DNA of 64,000 nucleotides from the human T2T-CHM13v2.0 reference genome, Homo sapiens, in the NCBI RefSeq assembly GCF_009914755.1, contig NC_060926.1. One strand, 5' to 3'. Every line of letters starts with the position of its first letter. Position 1 is the first letter of the stretch. Under the pieces are notes generated by a model, which searched no databases, was not told where the DNA came from, and saw nothing but the letters and a program-made list of their open reading frames with translations. This document shows, in pieces, positions 23,650-42,878 of the stretch. The translations under genes were made by a program, and so were the position numbers.

Positions 23650-24780
23650 TTTACTGTAGAAAAGGTTAACCTACAGAATAGTTAAAACAACTGTATTTAT
23701 CAGATTTGTTTCAGCACATTCTCCCTTTCTCTCTCTCTCATATATATGAGAAAAAAATATATATATGTCTGCGTGTGTGTGTGTGTGTGTATCTATATAT
23801 GGTCAAACCATTTGAAAGCAGGCTACAGACACCACAACACTTCCCAGTAAATACTTTCAGCACAGATCCCTTAAGAACAAAGACATTCTCCTACATAATC
23901 ACAATTTTATTACCACAGCCAACCATTTTAATACTGACATATAACATTTAAAAAATACAGTCGGTATTTAAGTTTCCACCCCAAAATGTCCTTTATAACC
24001 TTTTTTTTCAGTCCAGCATCCAATCAAGGATCATGCATTACAGCATTATATTTGGTTGTCACTTTAGTCTCCTTTAAATTACAACAGTCCCCCTCAAAAG
24101 TTTTTGTCTTTCATGACATAATTTTTGGAGAATCAAGACCTAGTGTTTTACAGAATATCCCACAATCTTGATTTGCTTTATTGTTTCCTCATGATTAGAT
24201 TCAGGGCAAATATTTTTGGTAAGAATAATATAGAAATGACATGCAACCCTAACAAGAGACTGATATTTCAATTTGTCACTACTGGTGATATTAAATTGGA
24301 TCACTTGCTTAATGTAGTATCCACCAGATCTTTGCATCACAAAGATGTATTTTTCCCTTTGTAATAGATAATTCATAAAAAGAATTTTGAGATAGTACAC
24401 ATATACCCAATAATCTTTACCAATAATTTTTAGCATCCATTGACAATTCCTGCCTGAGTCAATGATTACAGTGGCAGTTGTAAAACGGTAACTTTCTAAT
24501 TCAATCATTCCTTGTACATTTACTAGAAGGCATTCTTTGGTAATGTCATTTTTATTTCCATCCACCTTCTTCATGTTTAAGTATCACTATGGACTCATAT
24601 TTTCTTCCAATATAACTGATTACTTTTTTTTTTGATGTTCAAAATGTTCCAAATTTGGCCAATGAGAATCCCTTCAAGCCAGTTTTTGTGTTGTTCTAAC
24701 TTGTTTCCATTAGTCCTGGAGCACATGTTTGCTTTACGACACAAAATGATCCAGTATCATTTTGCAGTTTTCCTGTCTGA
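23650..24780 (-). mobile_element. L1MC-like 3' end in reverse orientation
   Basis: 'taagaacaaagacattctcctacataatcacaat', 'ccaaatttggccaatgagaatcccttcaag' resemble recalled L1MC4/5 antisense. Confidence 0.6.
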
Positions 24781-24784
24781 GCCT

Positions 24785-27400
<2,616 letters not shown>

Positions 27401-27646
27401 TAAAGGAAAGAAAAAGAAAGCTGGCACAAGTTTAGTCATGTTCAACCTTACAGCATTGTTTTAAAGTAGGTTATTACCCTGGGCTCTTAATACCCTGAAG
27501 GCACATAGATGTCACCTCATTTCTGTCTTTTATTAATTTCTTGTATGTTAAAAGTGGGAGAAAAGGAGCTTTACTAATTTTTGATAGCTTTTTTGTTTCC
27601 TTAAGGTCTCAGGAACCAGTCAGCTTTAAGAATTTTTGAGATTGCA

Positions 27647-28017
<371 letters not shown>

Positions 28018-29134
28018 TTATCTTCACTTATAAATCAGATGTTTATACTACATCACATATTTTTAAAAGTTTTTCTTCTATGCAAATGCATAGTGGTAAA
28101 TTTTTGCTAAAAGTCTGAAATATCTAGATACAGAATGAATTAATATTTGGAAGAATAAGTTAACTTCTCAAATATAAATGTTTTCCAGAATCCAGTTCTA
28201 ACAGGCTTACATAAAAGTGGCACAGGTATAGTGTACAGTAATATTCTAATACTCCAACCGACTTCCAAGGAAACTGGCAAATCAAGCATTCACATTCCTG
28301 AATGTTCTACTAATAGAATGACAGCAATCCCTACACACTTATTACCACATACAGCTGCAGTTAAAGGTCTTTCTCAAGAAATCTCCTATGTCCCCAGACA
28401 AAATAATAATAATAAAGGAGACCACCACCTACAAGGTCAAAAATACTGCTGTAATACAATTTAGGAAATTAGGAGAAATGTTAAGGCATTCTACTTTTAT
28501 ACTGGATTTATTCAAGGCTGGTCTCTAATCTCTGTTTCCTTGCAATTTTGCTCATGTCACTTCCTATTACTGAAAATGATATGCAAGCCACATACCTCCT
28601 CTTTAGAGTAAATTCAGTTCCACTGCAAACAAATTGCAGGGAAATACAGTTGGGAAAGAAGTCAATGTTTTCCATAATTTCTTTAAAACAGTCAAATAAA
28701 TATTACAGAGGAAAGCAAAAATCACATGCAACTAAGAATTGGATCTATTTTTATCATATCAAGCTTGTTAAACACACATTTGAAATATACGTCCTTGACT
28801 AAGTCAATTCTACTGCAATCAAGATTTTTCCTTAAACCACCTGTTTACTCCCAGACAGAAAAACACATCGAAACAGAAATAACCCAAGTAAAATGTCTAA
28901 CCATATCTCCTAAATGCTTTCTACATCCTGACACTGTACTATGCAATCTGCATGCACTATTCTTATTTAATTCCAACAAATCCTGGGAAGGAAGATACTA
29001 ATCTATAAAACAGAAATAAGTTACCAAGCAGTAAATTAATACACACTATTATCAGCAAACTTTGGGAAAACACTGACTCTTGGTCTTTACAACCTCAGTC
29101 TCTTCATCTATAAAATATAGATACAATTCTTTTT

Positions 29135-29721
29135 TGTGGGAAAGAGAGTTTCTAGGGTGCCAGATGAGTTGGTCTCCCCTGTGTGAGACACCCACTGGGA
29201 GCCATGGGCGGCCTCTGAGGAGAAAAGTCTCCTTATTGCCTTCATGTCTTTATGCCCCAAGAGCGTAAGAGCTCCGCGGCATGCCACAGGTTGCTCGGGG
29301 AAATAACACTCCCTTGAAACAGTGGAGTATAATCAAACATCTTGGTTCCTCTTGAAACCCACTCCCACCCATTTCAGTCCCGGTAAGTTAAAGATCTTAA
29401 GCCGTTTAGACACACGCCTTTGCTTGGGGAAATTCACAGAAACCGCCACTGCTATATATCTTATTGAATGACTGACGAGTTCTCCTTCACCGATTAATTC
29501 TTTTCCTCATCGCTTCGTACCCCTCCCATCTACCCTAAGAACAAAGAGCTTGTAAACCAATAAATTGGGTGGAGGCTGAGAGTTCCGGGCTGTGAGCAAG
29601 CCTCTGACACTCTGGTCCCCTGGACCCACCTTTTAAACTCTTATTCTGTCTCTTTCTAACTCCTTTGTCTCCGCTGGACTCGGGGTACCCGCCAGGTGGT
29701 GTGGGGCTGGTTTCTCCAACA
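29135..29721 (+). mobile_element. Solo ERVK LTR (LTR14B-like, HERV-K14/HML-1) inserted in a MIR remnant
   Basis: TG…CA termini (tgtggg…ccaaca), AATAAA ~29559, T-run TSD. Resembles the recalled LTR14B consensus. Confidence 0.75.
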
Positions 29722-30679
29722 TTTTTAAAACAGGCACTACTGCATAGATTACCTGGCACATAATAGCTACCACTTACTACCAAGGGCCACGCTGCTAAGC
29801 ACCAAGTGGACACCAGGAATGATGAATCTGGATGGCTGTGACAAGCCCCATGGCTGGGCACCAATTCATCTAATCTCACAAACAGCACAGATTACTTAAA
29901 AATTTCCTAATGAAATTAGGGAATGTGTAATGAAAATTACTGCTCCTAAAAATCTGAAGAAATTCTCCTGTGAATTTAGATTGTGTAAAATTACCTACTC
30001 CTAGACAGGCTAACTTCAAAAGCTATTTTCTACCTTTCTTTTGCCTGCCCATGGAGAAGTGATTTAAATGTAACCCTGAAATTCACATAAAGGTAGAACT
30101 AGATGGCATTAGTCAATTTTCCTAGGGTGGCTTTTCCTGCTAGAGCTAAAAATTTGAGTAGAAAAAGAACAGTAATGCAAGGATAATTCAGTAAAAGAGA
30201 AAGTAAGCAAAGCCTAGAAACAAAAAAATTGAACAAAAGCAATTTTTTAAAAAAAAACTTAAATTGCAAAATTATCAAATTTATTTGCTATCATTTTGAC
30301 AGGGGTATATTTTTCCCTTGTCATAAAACAAATTTCTATCATGAATATCTAGTATGTTAGAATAATTACTAGAGCTGACAATGCATACACTGAACATGTA
30401 AGCCTCACAGGGTAAATCGGCTGTTCTCTGCTCACTGCAACATAACTTAGCAGTAGTTAAACCAGCAAGGTGTCTGGCATTCGACTCAGACAAAATCTTT
30501 CCGGGTGGTTAACAGAGTCTGGAAGGGACAATTTCTCCCTAAATTACCTAATACATTACTTTAAAAGAACCCTTTCCTAATTTTTTAAAATTTCTTCCAC
30601 TCTTCAAATCTTAATTCTTTGAATGTCTTGATCTTAAAAGTATTTTGAGAAACTAAAGAGAACACAATAAATAAAAGGT

Positions 30680-31100
30680 ATAAACTACTTGAGGCCAGGA
30701 ATCACCCCTTCTTCATCTCTTAGGTTCCAACGACCAATCCAGTGTCTGACACAGTGGCCCTCAATAAATGTTTGTTGAGCTGACTACATGGATTACCTTC
30801 AGACTAAGGAGTTGGTCTGGTCCAACTGAAAATAGCTTCAAGTTGGCTCACCTGGGATTACACAAGTAGTCCAGAGTCAAACATAACATGAATATGCAAC
30901 AAGAGCTAGCACTAATCCAGCACTTACTACATACCAAGCCCTACAGATGATTCAATACTCACACCAACCCTAGAAGACAGGTATTCCTATTATCCCCATT
31001 AAACAAATTAGGAAGCTGACACATGAGGACTAGTTAACTTGCTCAAGGTCACAGTCAAGCCCATATTCCAAGTCAGCAGTCTGTTTACTCTCTACACCAC
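30680..31100. mobile_element. L2 3' end followed by a MIR remnant
   Basis: 'ctcaataaatgtttgttga' (L2 tail); 'tattatccccatt…aacttgctcaaggtcacag' (MIR core). Confidence 0.6.
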
Positions 31101-33014
31101 TGAGAAAGGTAGCCAGGCAGGTCCCTCATATAAGATGACAAGACTAATCACTTACGAAGACAAGCCCTTGCTTTGACCAAACTTGTTCCAGGGGTGTTCA
31201 CAGGTGTGAATTCAACCACACCTGCCCACCACCTAAAACAAACAAACAAACAAACAAACAAACGGCACACTTCTTAGATGGGGGCGGTGAGTCAGATGGA
31301 ACTTATGGAGTATTGTTTTGACTCACCATAAAAGGGAGTTACTCAGATCCAGACCTAATGCCCCATTAGAACTGTCCTCTCTAATTTCATAAGCTGACTG
31401 ATACACAGGTCTGTGTATACAGTCAACCTAGCTCTCTCCTGTGGCACACACATATTAATATGTACCTTTAATCTTACACTGTAATTGTTTATGCCTGTCT
31501 CTAACAAAAAAATTCTTGGAAGCTAATTACTATCTTACTCATAAACATATCCAAGGACCCAGCAGTGTACTGAAAAATATACTGGTTGCATGAAAGATGC
31601 ACACTGACAGAAAACAGGAAGTGTAACATAAAACAGTACAGTGTGTAAATTTATTCATATGTGACTACAAAATGAAATGTTTATTTATTTAAATTCCCTG
31701 GGTACAGACAAATTGTCAGAAAGGAAAGAGAAAAAAAAAAGAGTATAAAGATCACATGGAAATAAGAAATTTAATAAGTAACAAACTGCTTATAATAAAA
31801 AACTGTATACTCAACTAATTCGAACGGTGCAATGGAAAATTTTTCAAGAGGGTTGATAGTGGGGGGAGAGAAGATGAAGCTAAATAGATTAAGCATCCTC
31901 AAACCAAAAGTTTAACCTCTTCAACATTCCACAGAATACTTTTATTCCCACTTAGTCTAAGAGGAAACAGACTCTCAGGGATAAGTAACTTGTACAAGGT
32001 CACAGAGCTAGTAAGCACTAGAGCCTCGATGCTCTTCTTATCATACCATGTTGTCTTCCCATGTAACACATCCTGTTGGGATGTCTTACGCCACTTTTTT
32101 TAGGTTGTTTTTTTTTTTGGAGAGGTTTTTTAAGGTGGGAGGCACAGAAGAAAAATCTCAGAACTCTGAGACACAGACACATAACAAGGCTATAATGTCT
32201 TACTGCCTAAGACCTCAAAATGAGTTACTTATTCTAAGTAATGCCCTAGTACACTAAGTCCTGTCCCCAGCACCCGACCTATCCTGGCAACCACTTATAA
32301 CTCAGCATCCATCTGTAGGCCTGTTCACTCCACCACACTGAAAGCTCTTGCAAAGCCAGAATTGTGTCATTATCTTTCTACACCCAGCCTAAGACATGGC
32401 ACCTACTGAATAAAAATTAACGAATTAATTTGCTGGTGTTCTGTCTAGCCTAGTGACCAGATAAGAACCGAGGAGTGACTACCAGATAAGGGCGCAGAGG
32501 GTCTATGTTTCCTTTATTATATATATATTATATATTATGTATATCTCAATGTGGTGTTTTAATATTTTAAGTGTTAACACTTTGAGACACCAACATGAAC
32601 TTCGGACGTAAACATGGGAATAGTCATGAACCTGCCTGTCAGTGTGTAATTCAACTTTCAACTGAATTGAGACTTACTGAGCACTTGCTGTGTACCACAC
32701 ACATTTCAGACAACACAGTGGGCACTCCTATCTCCCTGCAGTAGGGTCTCGGAAAATGAGTTCTCCCTTTGGAGGGGCAATGTTCAGACAAAAACATAAG
32801 TTTCAGGAAGTATGCCAAGCAGTGCTGACATGTTTGTAGGGAAGCCTGCACAAAGCAAGAGTGACTCCCAACATCTCCCACTCATCTGTGCGTAGTGAAG
32901 ACGAGACCTGGCAAGTTTCCTGGCTCCCATTATCCAGAAGATTATACTCCTTCCCCAACTTCTCATTTGAACCAGTTTGCTAAGGCACATCCTTCCCATC
33001 AGAATAAGGATATC

Positions 33015-33318
33015 GGGCAGGCGCACTGGTTCTTGCCTGTAATCCCAGCACCTTGGGAGGCCAAAGTGGGAGGATGGTTAGAGGTCTGGAGTTCGAGACC
33101 AGCCTGGGCAACAGAGTGAAACCTCATCTCTACTAAAGAAAAAAAAAAATTAGCTGGGCCTGGAGGCGCACCTCTAGTCTTAGCTACTTGGGAGGCTAAG
33201 ATGGGAGGATCACATGAGCCTAGGAGATCGAGGCTGCAGTGAGCCATAATTGTGCCACTCACTGCACTTGAGTATGGGTGACAGAGACAGACTCTGTTTC
33301 AAAAAAAAAAAAAGGAAA
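33015..33318 (+). mobile_element. AluJ
   Basis: J-type right arm. TSD aaggatat. Confidence 0.85.
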
Positions 33319-35924
33319 AGGATATGACAACATTTATGTTAGTTAATTCAGCTGACAAACTAACTCATTTAAGAGCAATTTGTTGATGTATTATGACCAC
33401 TAGACATGTATAAATTAAGCCTTTTATCTTCAATTGTACAAAAGAGAAGTTACCCTGTACACAGTACATATCATAAGGCCAGCCGCCTAATGATAGGGGC
33501 AGGGTAAGGGTGTGTGTGCTTAGACAGACAATTGTTGCTTTAATCACCAGTTTCTTCCAGGCCCTCCACCAAGCTCCCCATGTTTGGGCCCTTCTGCCCC
33601 AACACCTCCTTCCCTGACAACTCCCCTCCATTAGTCTGTTACTTCTTTCCTTCTCTAACTCTCTGGCTGCAGACACCTAACTGCCTGTATTATTTATGTT
33701 TTCCAAAATATTTCCTTTTCAGATGCTAATTAATGACACCTGCAGGTCTTCTTGGCTATCTAAGAATGATGTATCTTTCTGTGCTAACATTTGTCTTCCC
33801 AGGCTACTATTCTAAGGCCTTAGAGTACTTATTCTGCTATGAGTCAAAAACATATCTACACACTATTTGGTGAAGATTATTCCATACATCACTGTACACA
33901 AACTGCTCAAATAAAACAAGTTGATGCAATAAAAATCTGCAGGAATAGAACTATGAAACTGAAAGCCACGCATATTCTCCTACAAGTAGCTGATATCTAA
34001 CCACATGCTCTTACTTTATTAATAAGCAGTGTTTCATACAACACTGGACTTTCTGATGTTACTGTAAAAAATGCAAAATCATCCACTTATCTAAATGTTA
34101 CTCAGTGCCTTTCACAACGATCTGTCTGATGTGGAGTTGTTCAGGGTCCCAGGAAGGTCAAAGTTAGTCTACCTCTGTGAACCAAGACCCTGGCAACATT
34201 CCATTCCATTCCATTCTCCTTGTTGATGAAGAATGACTGTTATAGTACTGCTGAAACACAGAAATGTTTCCAGAAACGTGCTATTGTGAGCCCTAAGTAC
34301 AAAGCATGAGACACATCTTAAGGTGTATCCACTTGGGAAAATCTGTTTTTCTACTGGAACCAGCATGGATACTGAAACGGAATGCAAAATTTGAATAAAT
34401 AAAACACAGTACCTTAAAGAAATGGCTACCTCTTTTGGGGATGGCCTTAGACTCCCCTTGGCCCCAAGGAACTGCTCAGTAGGGAGCATAAGGGTATCAA
34501 GGCTGATCCAAGAGACAAATGCTCCATGCCTGGTTTCTTTCACTGGAGGCAAGGTGCGGGAGGAGGTAAATAGAGACATAGGCCAAAAGAAACAGTACAG
34601 AGAGAGGAGACAAAAGATAGCACGCCTAATCTGCAAACATATCTGAAAACTAACATTTCAAGACCTATGGCAAAGTGCCTAGCAACTCTATTAAGCATGT
34701 TTATGCCCACTGTACAGTTGAGAAAGGTCCACAAATAATTTGCCCAAGGACACACACAACAAGTAAATGATAAACCAATACGTGAAGAAAAGCCATCCAT
34801 TTGCAAAGCCTTGACCTCATCTATTCACCACTCACTCCAGGCACAAACCAGCCTGGTGGAAGAGCAGGTGCTCTGCTGACTGGGCTTCTGGTCCCAGGAT
34901 TGTGGCCAGAGAAGAGTAACCATCTGGGCCTATTCCTGAAGCAAGGACAAAGTGCTGAGTGCTATGGCCAACTTCTGGTGGTCTGCCATGCTGGACATAT
35001 CTCATTCACTTTTACCCAGGAGTGTGCAAGTAGAAGCAAGCAGAACGCAGCAGAAGAGAAGGTATTACAAATACCTGCTGGCTTGACTATGTGCTCTGGA
35101 ACTGGCTCTACTGACCTACTGACACTCAACCATTCTTGGACAAATAAAAGCCGGGTTTGTTTTTAATGTAGCCTATGGTGGGGGGAGTATAAAGAATGAT
35201 TAAAATTATTATTCACCTTGCACATTAACTTCTGGCTTAAATAAACTACTACTTTAGAATTCTATCAATAATTATTTAAACATATGAAGAAGATGGGAGT
35301 CAAATACAATATGAAGACAGTTATGGAAGCAAAAGTGCTAACTTCAGCTCAGAGCTGCTATACATAAATTATTCCATCAAATCAGGTATACATAACCCTT
35401 TACAAAGGGCACTGGGTAAAGGTCAGGGAGAAAATCCTGGGCTTTTTCAGAGATCACTGAAATTGCTGACAATGTGGGGGATGACACACTGAAGTCCTGA
35501 CAGGAAAATAGCACACAAGGAGGTGTTCCACGTGACAAAAGCAACAAAGAACATAAGGCATTAGCTGTGATAAGTGGAGGAAGGGGGGAAAATATACCAT
35601 TCTTCAATTTTAAAAGAAAAAAAATACTGAAATATAAGACAGTTGATACTGATCTAAAATTACATTTGTGGCTATCAATCAATTTCCCAAGCTTGAAAGT
35701 TTCTATACGTTGCCAAATGCAATGGGCTGAGAAATTCTCAAATCAAAACTTTGTGAAATAATCCATAAAGTTTTCTGAATCATACCTGAAATTAAAATAA
35801 GCTACTTCTAAATGCTATGTATGACAGACAGGCTATATATAACCAACACATTTTTAAAGTATAGGTTTGTAGTCTCATTGTTTCTAATAATGTCTTACTG
35901 TGTGTAGGTTAAAAAGAAAATCCT

Positions 35925-36619
<695 letters not shown>

Positions 36620-36620
<1 letters not shown>

Positions 36621-36741
36621 GAAAAGAAAAAGGAAAGAAAGGAAAGAAAGGGGAGGGAGGGAGGGAGGGGAGGGAGGGAAGGCGGGCGGGAGGGAGGGAA
36701 GGCGGGCAGGCAGGCGGGCAGGCAGGCAGGCAGGCAGGCAG
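36620..36741. repeat. Compound purine-rich microsatellite (GAAA>GGGA>GGCA) grown from the Alu tail
   Basis: Read directly from the sequence. Confidence 0.85.
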
Positions 36742-36775
36742 TCTTAGGCAGAGACCATTCTAAAAACCATCAATC

Positions 36776-37349
36776 TGTGGTGGGCAAAATAATAGTCATC
36801 AGCCCACTCCAAGACGCCCACATCCTAACCTCGGGATCTTGTGAATATGCCAAATCACATGGCAAAGGGGAATTAAGCTCCCAGATGCAATTAAGGCTCT
36901 AATCAGCTGATGTTAAAATAGGGAGGTTATTCTGGGTTACCTAGGTGGGCCCAATGTCCTTAAAAGTGGAAGAGGGAGGCAGAAGAGGGTGACCCAGAGA
37001 GAAGGCACATAAGGAGGACTCGGCCCAATGCTGCTGGCTTTGAAGGCAGGGGAAGGGGCTACAAGCCAAGGAATGTAGGTGGCCTCTAGAAGCTGGAAAA
37101 CTCAAGCCAACAAATTCTCCCCTAGGGCCTTCAGAAAGAAATACAGTCCTACAAACACATATTAAAAAAAATCTTTTTTAATTTTGTGGGTATAGAGTAG
37201 GGGCCTACAAACATCTTGATTTTAGCCTGTGAGACTCACTACATACGGACTTCTGATCTCCAGAACCATAAAATAATAAAGTTGTGTTGTTTTTAAGCCA
37301 CTAAATTTGTGGTTATTTGTTACAGTAACAGCAAAGGGAAACTAATACA
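36776..37349 (+). mobile_element. MLT1D-like MaLR solo LTR
   Basis: tgtggtgggcaaaataat … ggaaactaataca termini; MLT1 motifs 'gcctctagaagctggaaaa'. Confidence 0.8.
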
Positions 37350-40300
37350 CCATACTATCTCACATTAATTACCAAAAATTTTCTGTACCAAGAGGTTTAG
37401 GAATAACATCTGAAAATAACAATGCCAGTTACACTGTAGAATAATAACTGATGCAGACATATGAACTTCTACTTCTGGGCATGATGTACCCTCCCATCCT
37501 GAAGCAACCAGAAACTCACACGAACTGCATTAATTAAATGATCATTTTCAGACCCTAAACATCAGTCAACGAAGGACATGGGAAACAAACAAGGTAAGCC
37601 CTATGATTGGCCCAGCTTACTGCCTCAAGGGAGTTACTAGGCCACAGTGCAGGGAGGGGAAACAGTGGTAGAGCTTGGTGGATTTTCCAAATTGATGAGA
37701 CAAAGCTGAGAGTCCGAGGAAACCAAGGCAATTAGAGTTCATAGAAAAGAATACCAAAATGGAGTGAGCTGCATAGAGAACCCTGGAGAACTACAGAGGG
37801 TCCCCATTGAGTCCTCGGTGAAGTACTGATCAGTGCATTTGTGTGAGGTAACTCCCCAACGCTGGGGAAGGAACCATCCAAAAGGATTAGAGGAACAATG
37901 CCCACCATTCAAACAGGGTCAGAAACAGTACCTATTTATACCAACTGGAAAAAAATCCAGAACTCATGACATACTGGACAGAGTGCTCAGGAGGGCCTTA
38001 CCTCAGCTGTGGGGAATAATCAGTCCAAAACTGAACAATGTTCCAGACCCACTTAACACATCTTAAAAGCAAGACATCCCAGAATATCAAACTGTCAAGT
38101 AACTTAACTGCATCTTAAAACAAAGCTCAAGAATATTTATGGGAATACAAAAATAGCAGCACCCAACAACGTAAAATTTGCAATATCTGGCATCCAATCA
38201 AAGATTATCAGGCACACACAAGAGACAGAAAAACATGACCCAATACGAGAATAATCCATTGAAACCAACCTAGAACTGGCACAGAAGTTAGCAGACAAGA
38301 CAATAAAACAGGTATTATAAATGTGTTCCATATGTTCAAAAAGTTAAGTAGAGAGATGGAAGATACAAAGACAAATTATACTTCCAGAGATGAAACCACA
38401 ATTTGTGAGATGAAAAAAATGTGATGGATGGGATTAAGGGTGGATTAGACATGCAAAAGAAAAAATTAGGGAACTTGAAGGCATAGCAGTAGACCCATCC
38501 AAAATGGAACACGCAGGAAAAGATCTAAAAAACCTAAACAGTGCAATGTGCTGTGGGATCAACTTCAAGCTGTCTAATGCCTGCAGAACTGGAATCCTCA
38601 AAATGGGGTTGGGAGGAGGAGGAGGAGGAGGAGGACAGGAAAAATGTTTAAAGAAATAGTAAGCAAAAATGTCCCAAACTTAATGAAAACTATAAATCCA
38701 GAGATCCAAGAAGCTCAACAAACCCTGAGCTCAACAAACATGAAAAAAACTACACCAAGAGATAATCAAATTATTTCAAACCAGATTTACAAAAAAAATC
38801 TTAAAAGTATCAAGAGAAAAAAAAAGACATGTTATATACAGAGGAACAAAGATAAGGATGACATCAAATTTCTTCTGGAAAACAATGCAAGTGGGAAGAC
38901 AGTATCTCTTTAAAGACTAAAAGAAAAAGAAAAAAAAAAACATGTCGACCTGTAATTCTATAGCAAATAAAAGTATCTGAGAACAAAGGCAAAATGAAGA
39001 CATTTTCAGAGATATAAAACCTGAAAGAATTCATTACTAGCAGATCCACACTACAAAAAAATCCTTCAGGCAGAAGGAAATGATACCAGGTGGAATACAG
39101 ATATGTGTTTCTCAATAATTGATGAATAAAGCAGGCAAAAAATCAGCAAGAAAATGGTGAACTTGAACAGCACTACAACCAACCTGACTGACATTGACAG
39201 AGTACTCCAACAACAGCAGAAGACATATTCTTCTCAAATGCACACATTCACCAAGATAGCCTATATTCAAAGTCACAAAACAAGTCTCAAAAGAACTAAT
39301 GTCATACCAAGTATGGTCTCTGGCCAGAATGGAATTAAATTATGTATCAATAACAAAAAGATCTTTGATAAATACCCAAAGACCTCAAATCAAAAACCTC
39401 AGTATCCACCTTAAGAAACTAGAAAATAAAGGAAAAATTACACTCTAAGTAAGCAAAGAAAAAAAAAAGAGAAATAAAATTCAAGTGAAAAAGTCAATGA
39501 AACAGAAAAAGTGAGACAAATACAAACATATACAGAGAATAATAAAGCCAAAAGATGCTTTTTGTGAGATTAAAATTAATAAACTTGTAGCCAGTCTGAT
39601 CAAGAAAAAAACGACAGAAAACACAAATTATAAGTTTCAGGAATAAGAGAAGTGTCATCATTACAGTTGCTACAAATATTCAAAAGATAGTAAGGGAACA
39701 TTATGAACAACTTTGCCAATTAATTTGACAACTTAGATGAAATGAACAAATTCTTTGAAAGATATTAATTACCAAAGTTCACTCAGGAAGAAATAGATAA
39801 CCTGAAGAGCCCTGCTTCTTAAAAATTGAAATTGTGGTTAAAAAAATCCCCATAAAGTAAACTCCAAGCCTAGATGGCTTCAATGGTAATTCTTACCACA
39901 TATTTATGGAAGAAATAACACCAGTTTTATACAGATTCTTCCAAAAAATTAAAAAGGAAAAACACATCTCAACTGATTTTATGAGACCAGCATTACTCTA
40001 ATACTGAAAGGGAAGGTATTACAAGAAAAAAAAAAAAAAAGACCAATATTCCTAATGACCAAAGATACAAAAATTCTAAGTCTTAGCAAACAAACAAACA
40101 AACAAAACTTTAAAATAAATTGCATAATACCTATCATGACCAAGAAAAAAATGCAAGGTTAGTCATTCATCATGTTAACCAAAAAAATCCATGATACAGA
40201 CAAGGCATTTGATAAATATCCATTCCTGTTAAAAACTCTCTTCAAACAAGACATAAAAGAACCTCCTCAACCTGGGAAAGGGCATCTATGAAAAACCTAT

Positions 40301-42019
40301 GGCTAACAGCATACTTAATGGTGGAAGACTGAATGCTTCCCCCCTAAGATTATGAACAAGACAGAGATGTCCACTTTTACTACTTCTATTCAACATTGCA
40401 CTGGAGGTCATAAGCAGTACAATCAGGTAAGCAAAACAGAAGGTATCCAGACTGGAAAAAAACGTATTTGCAGACATGATCATCTACGTAAAAAGTCCAA
40501 TGCAATCTACAGAAAAGCTATTAGAACTATTAAGTCAGTTTAGCAAGATTACAGAATACAAGATCAACATAAAATTTACTTCTATATACTAGCAATGAAC
40601 CAGAAATTGAGATTTTAAAAAAATATCATTTATTAATAAACTAGTATCAAAAATATGAAATACTTAGAGATAAATATGACAAAAGATACTTTAAAAATTT
40701 TATACTGAAAACTACATTAAAGACCTAAATAAATGGTGAAAATATCCCTGTTCATGTGTCAGAAAACTAAATACTGTTAAGAAGTCAGTTCCCCCCACAA
40801 ATTCATCTATAGATTCAACACAGTCCCAATCAATACCCAAGAAGGCTCTGTTGTACAAATTGATAAGCTGATTCTAAAATTCATAATGAAATGTGAAGGA
40901 TCTTGAATAGGCAAAACTCTGAAACAGAACAAAGTTGGTGAACTGACACTGTTTCGGTAACTATAATACAGCTGCAGTCAAGACAGTGTGGTACTGGCAT
41001 CAAGGCAGAAAAATAGATTAACAGAACAAAAGAGAGACAGACAACCAGAAATAAACTCACACATGTACATGCAATTGCTTTTCAACAAGTACAAGCACAA
41101 TACAGTGGGAAAAGGGTAGTAGTCTTTTTAATTGACTTTTTAATAGACACTAGAAGAACTGGTTATTTATATGCAAAAAAAAAAAAAAAAAAGAACTTGG
41201 GTACAAAACTCATATCATATGTAAAATGAACTCAAAATCAATCACAGATCTAAATGAAAGACCTACCACTATAAAACTTCCAGAAAAGAATACAGGAGAA
41301 AATCTTTGTGACCTTGCATTAGGCAGAGATTTCTTAGATACGATACCAAAAACATGATCTATAAAAGAGCAAATTGGTAAAGTTGATTCAATCAATTAAA
41401 AACTTCTGCTCTTCAAAAGACTGTTATGAGAATAAAAACACAAACCTCAGACTTGGAAGGAATCCTTGTAAATATGTATCTCCAGAATACTGGTACCCAG
41501 AACATATAAAGAACTCTCAAATCTCAAAAATAAGAAAATAGCCTAATAAAACATGGGCAAAAGATGTGAAAAGACACTTTACCAAATGAGATATATGGAT
41601 GGCAAATAAGCACATGAAAAGATGCTCAACATCATTATTCACCAGAGAAATACAATTAAAATTACAATGAAATGCAGGAATGCCTCAGAGATATTGCCAG
41701 GTTTGGTTCCAGACCACCACAATAAAACCTATATCACACAATAAAGCAAGTCAGGTAAGTTTTCTTGATTTCCCAGTGCTTATAAAAGCTACATTTACAC
41801 TGTATTGTAATCTATTAAGAGCGCAATAGCATTGTATCTAAGAAAGTATATATCTTAACTTAAAAATACTTTATTGCTAAAAAATCCTAACAATTATCTG
41901 AACCTTCAGCAAGTCATAATCTTTTGGCTAGTGGAGAGTCTTGCCTCAAGGTTGATCAGGATCAGGATAATGGTTGCTGAAGGGTGGGGTGGCTGTGGCA
42001 ATTTCTTGAAACAGCAATG

Positions 42020-42518
<499 letters not shown>

Positions 42519-42639
42519 TCACAGCATCTTCACCAGGAGCAGATTTCATCTCAAGAAATCACTTCATCTATAAGAAGCAACTCTTCATTTGTTCAAGTTT
42601 TATCGTAACACTGCAGCAATTCAGTTACATCTTCAGGAT

Positions 42640-42878
42640 GCCAGCCACTCTGTTGCCCAGGCTGGAGTGCTTACTGCAGCCTTGACTTCCTGGGCTCTAA
42701 CAATCCTCCCACCACAGCCTCCTGAGTAGCTGGGACAACAGGTGAGAGCCACCACACCTAGCTAATTTTTGTAGTTTTTGTAGAGACAGGGTTTTGCCAC
42801 AGTGCTCAGGAGGTCCTTGAACTCCTGGGCTCCATATTCCTCCCGCCTAGGCCTCTGAAAGGGCTACCATACCCAGCC
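42640..42878 (-). mobile_element. Tail-less, internally deleted AluJ in Tigger1
   Basis: 'ctctgttgcccaggctggagtgc…cctcctgagtagctggg…gaactcctgggctc'. Confidence 0.75.

Noticed and set aside
31200-31225. Hairpin caggtgtg-N8-cacacctg
   Set aside because: An 8-bp stem is expected by chance in 64 kb, and nothing supports an ncRNA.
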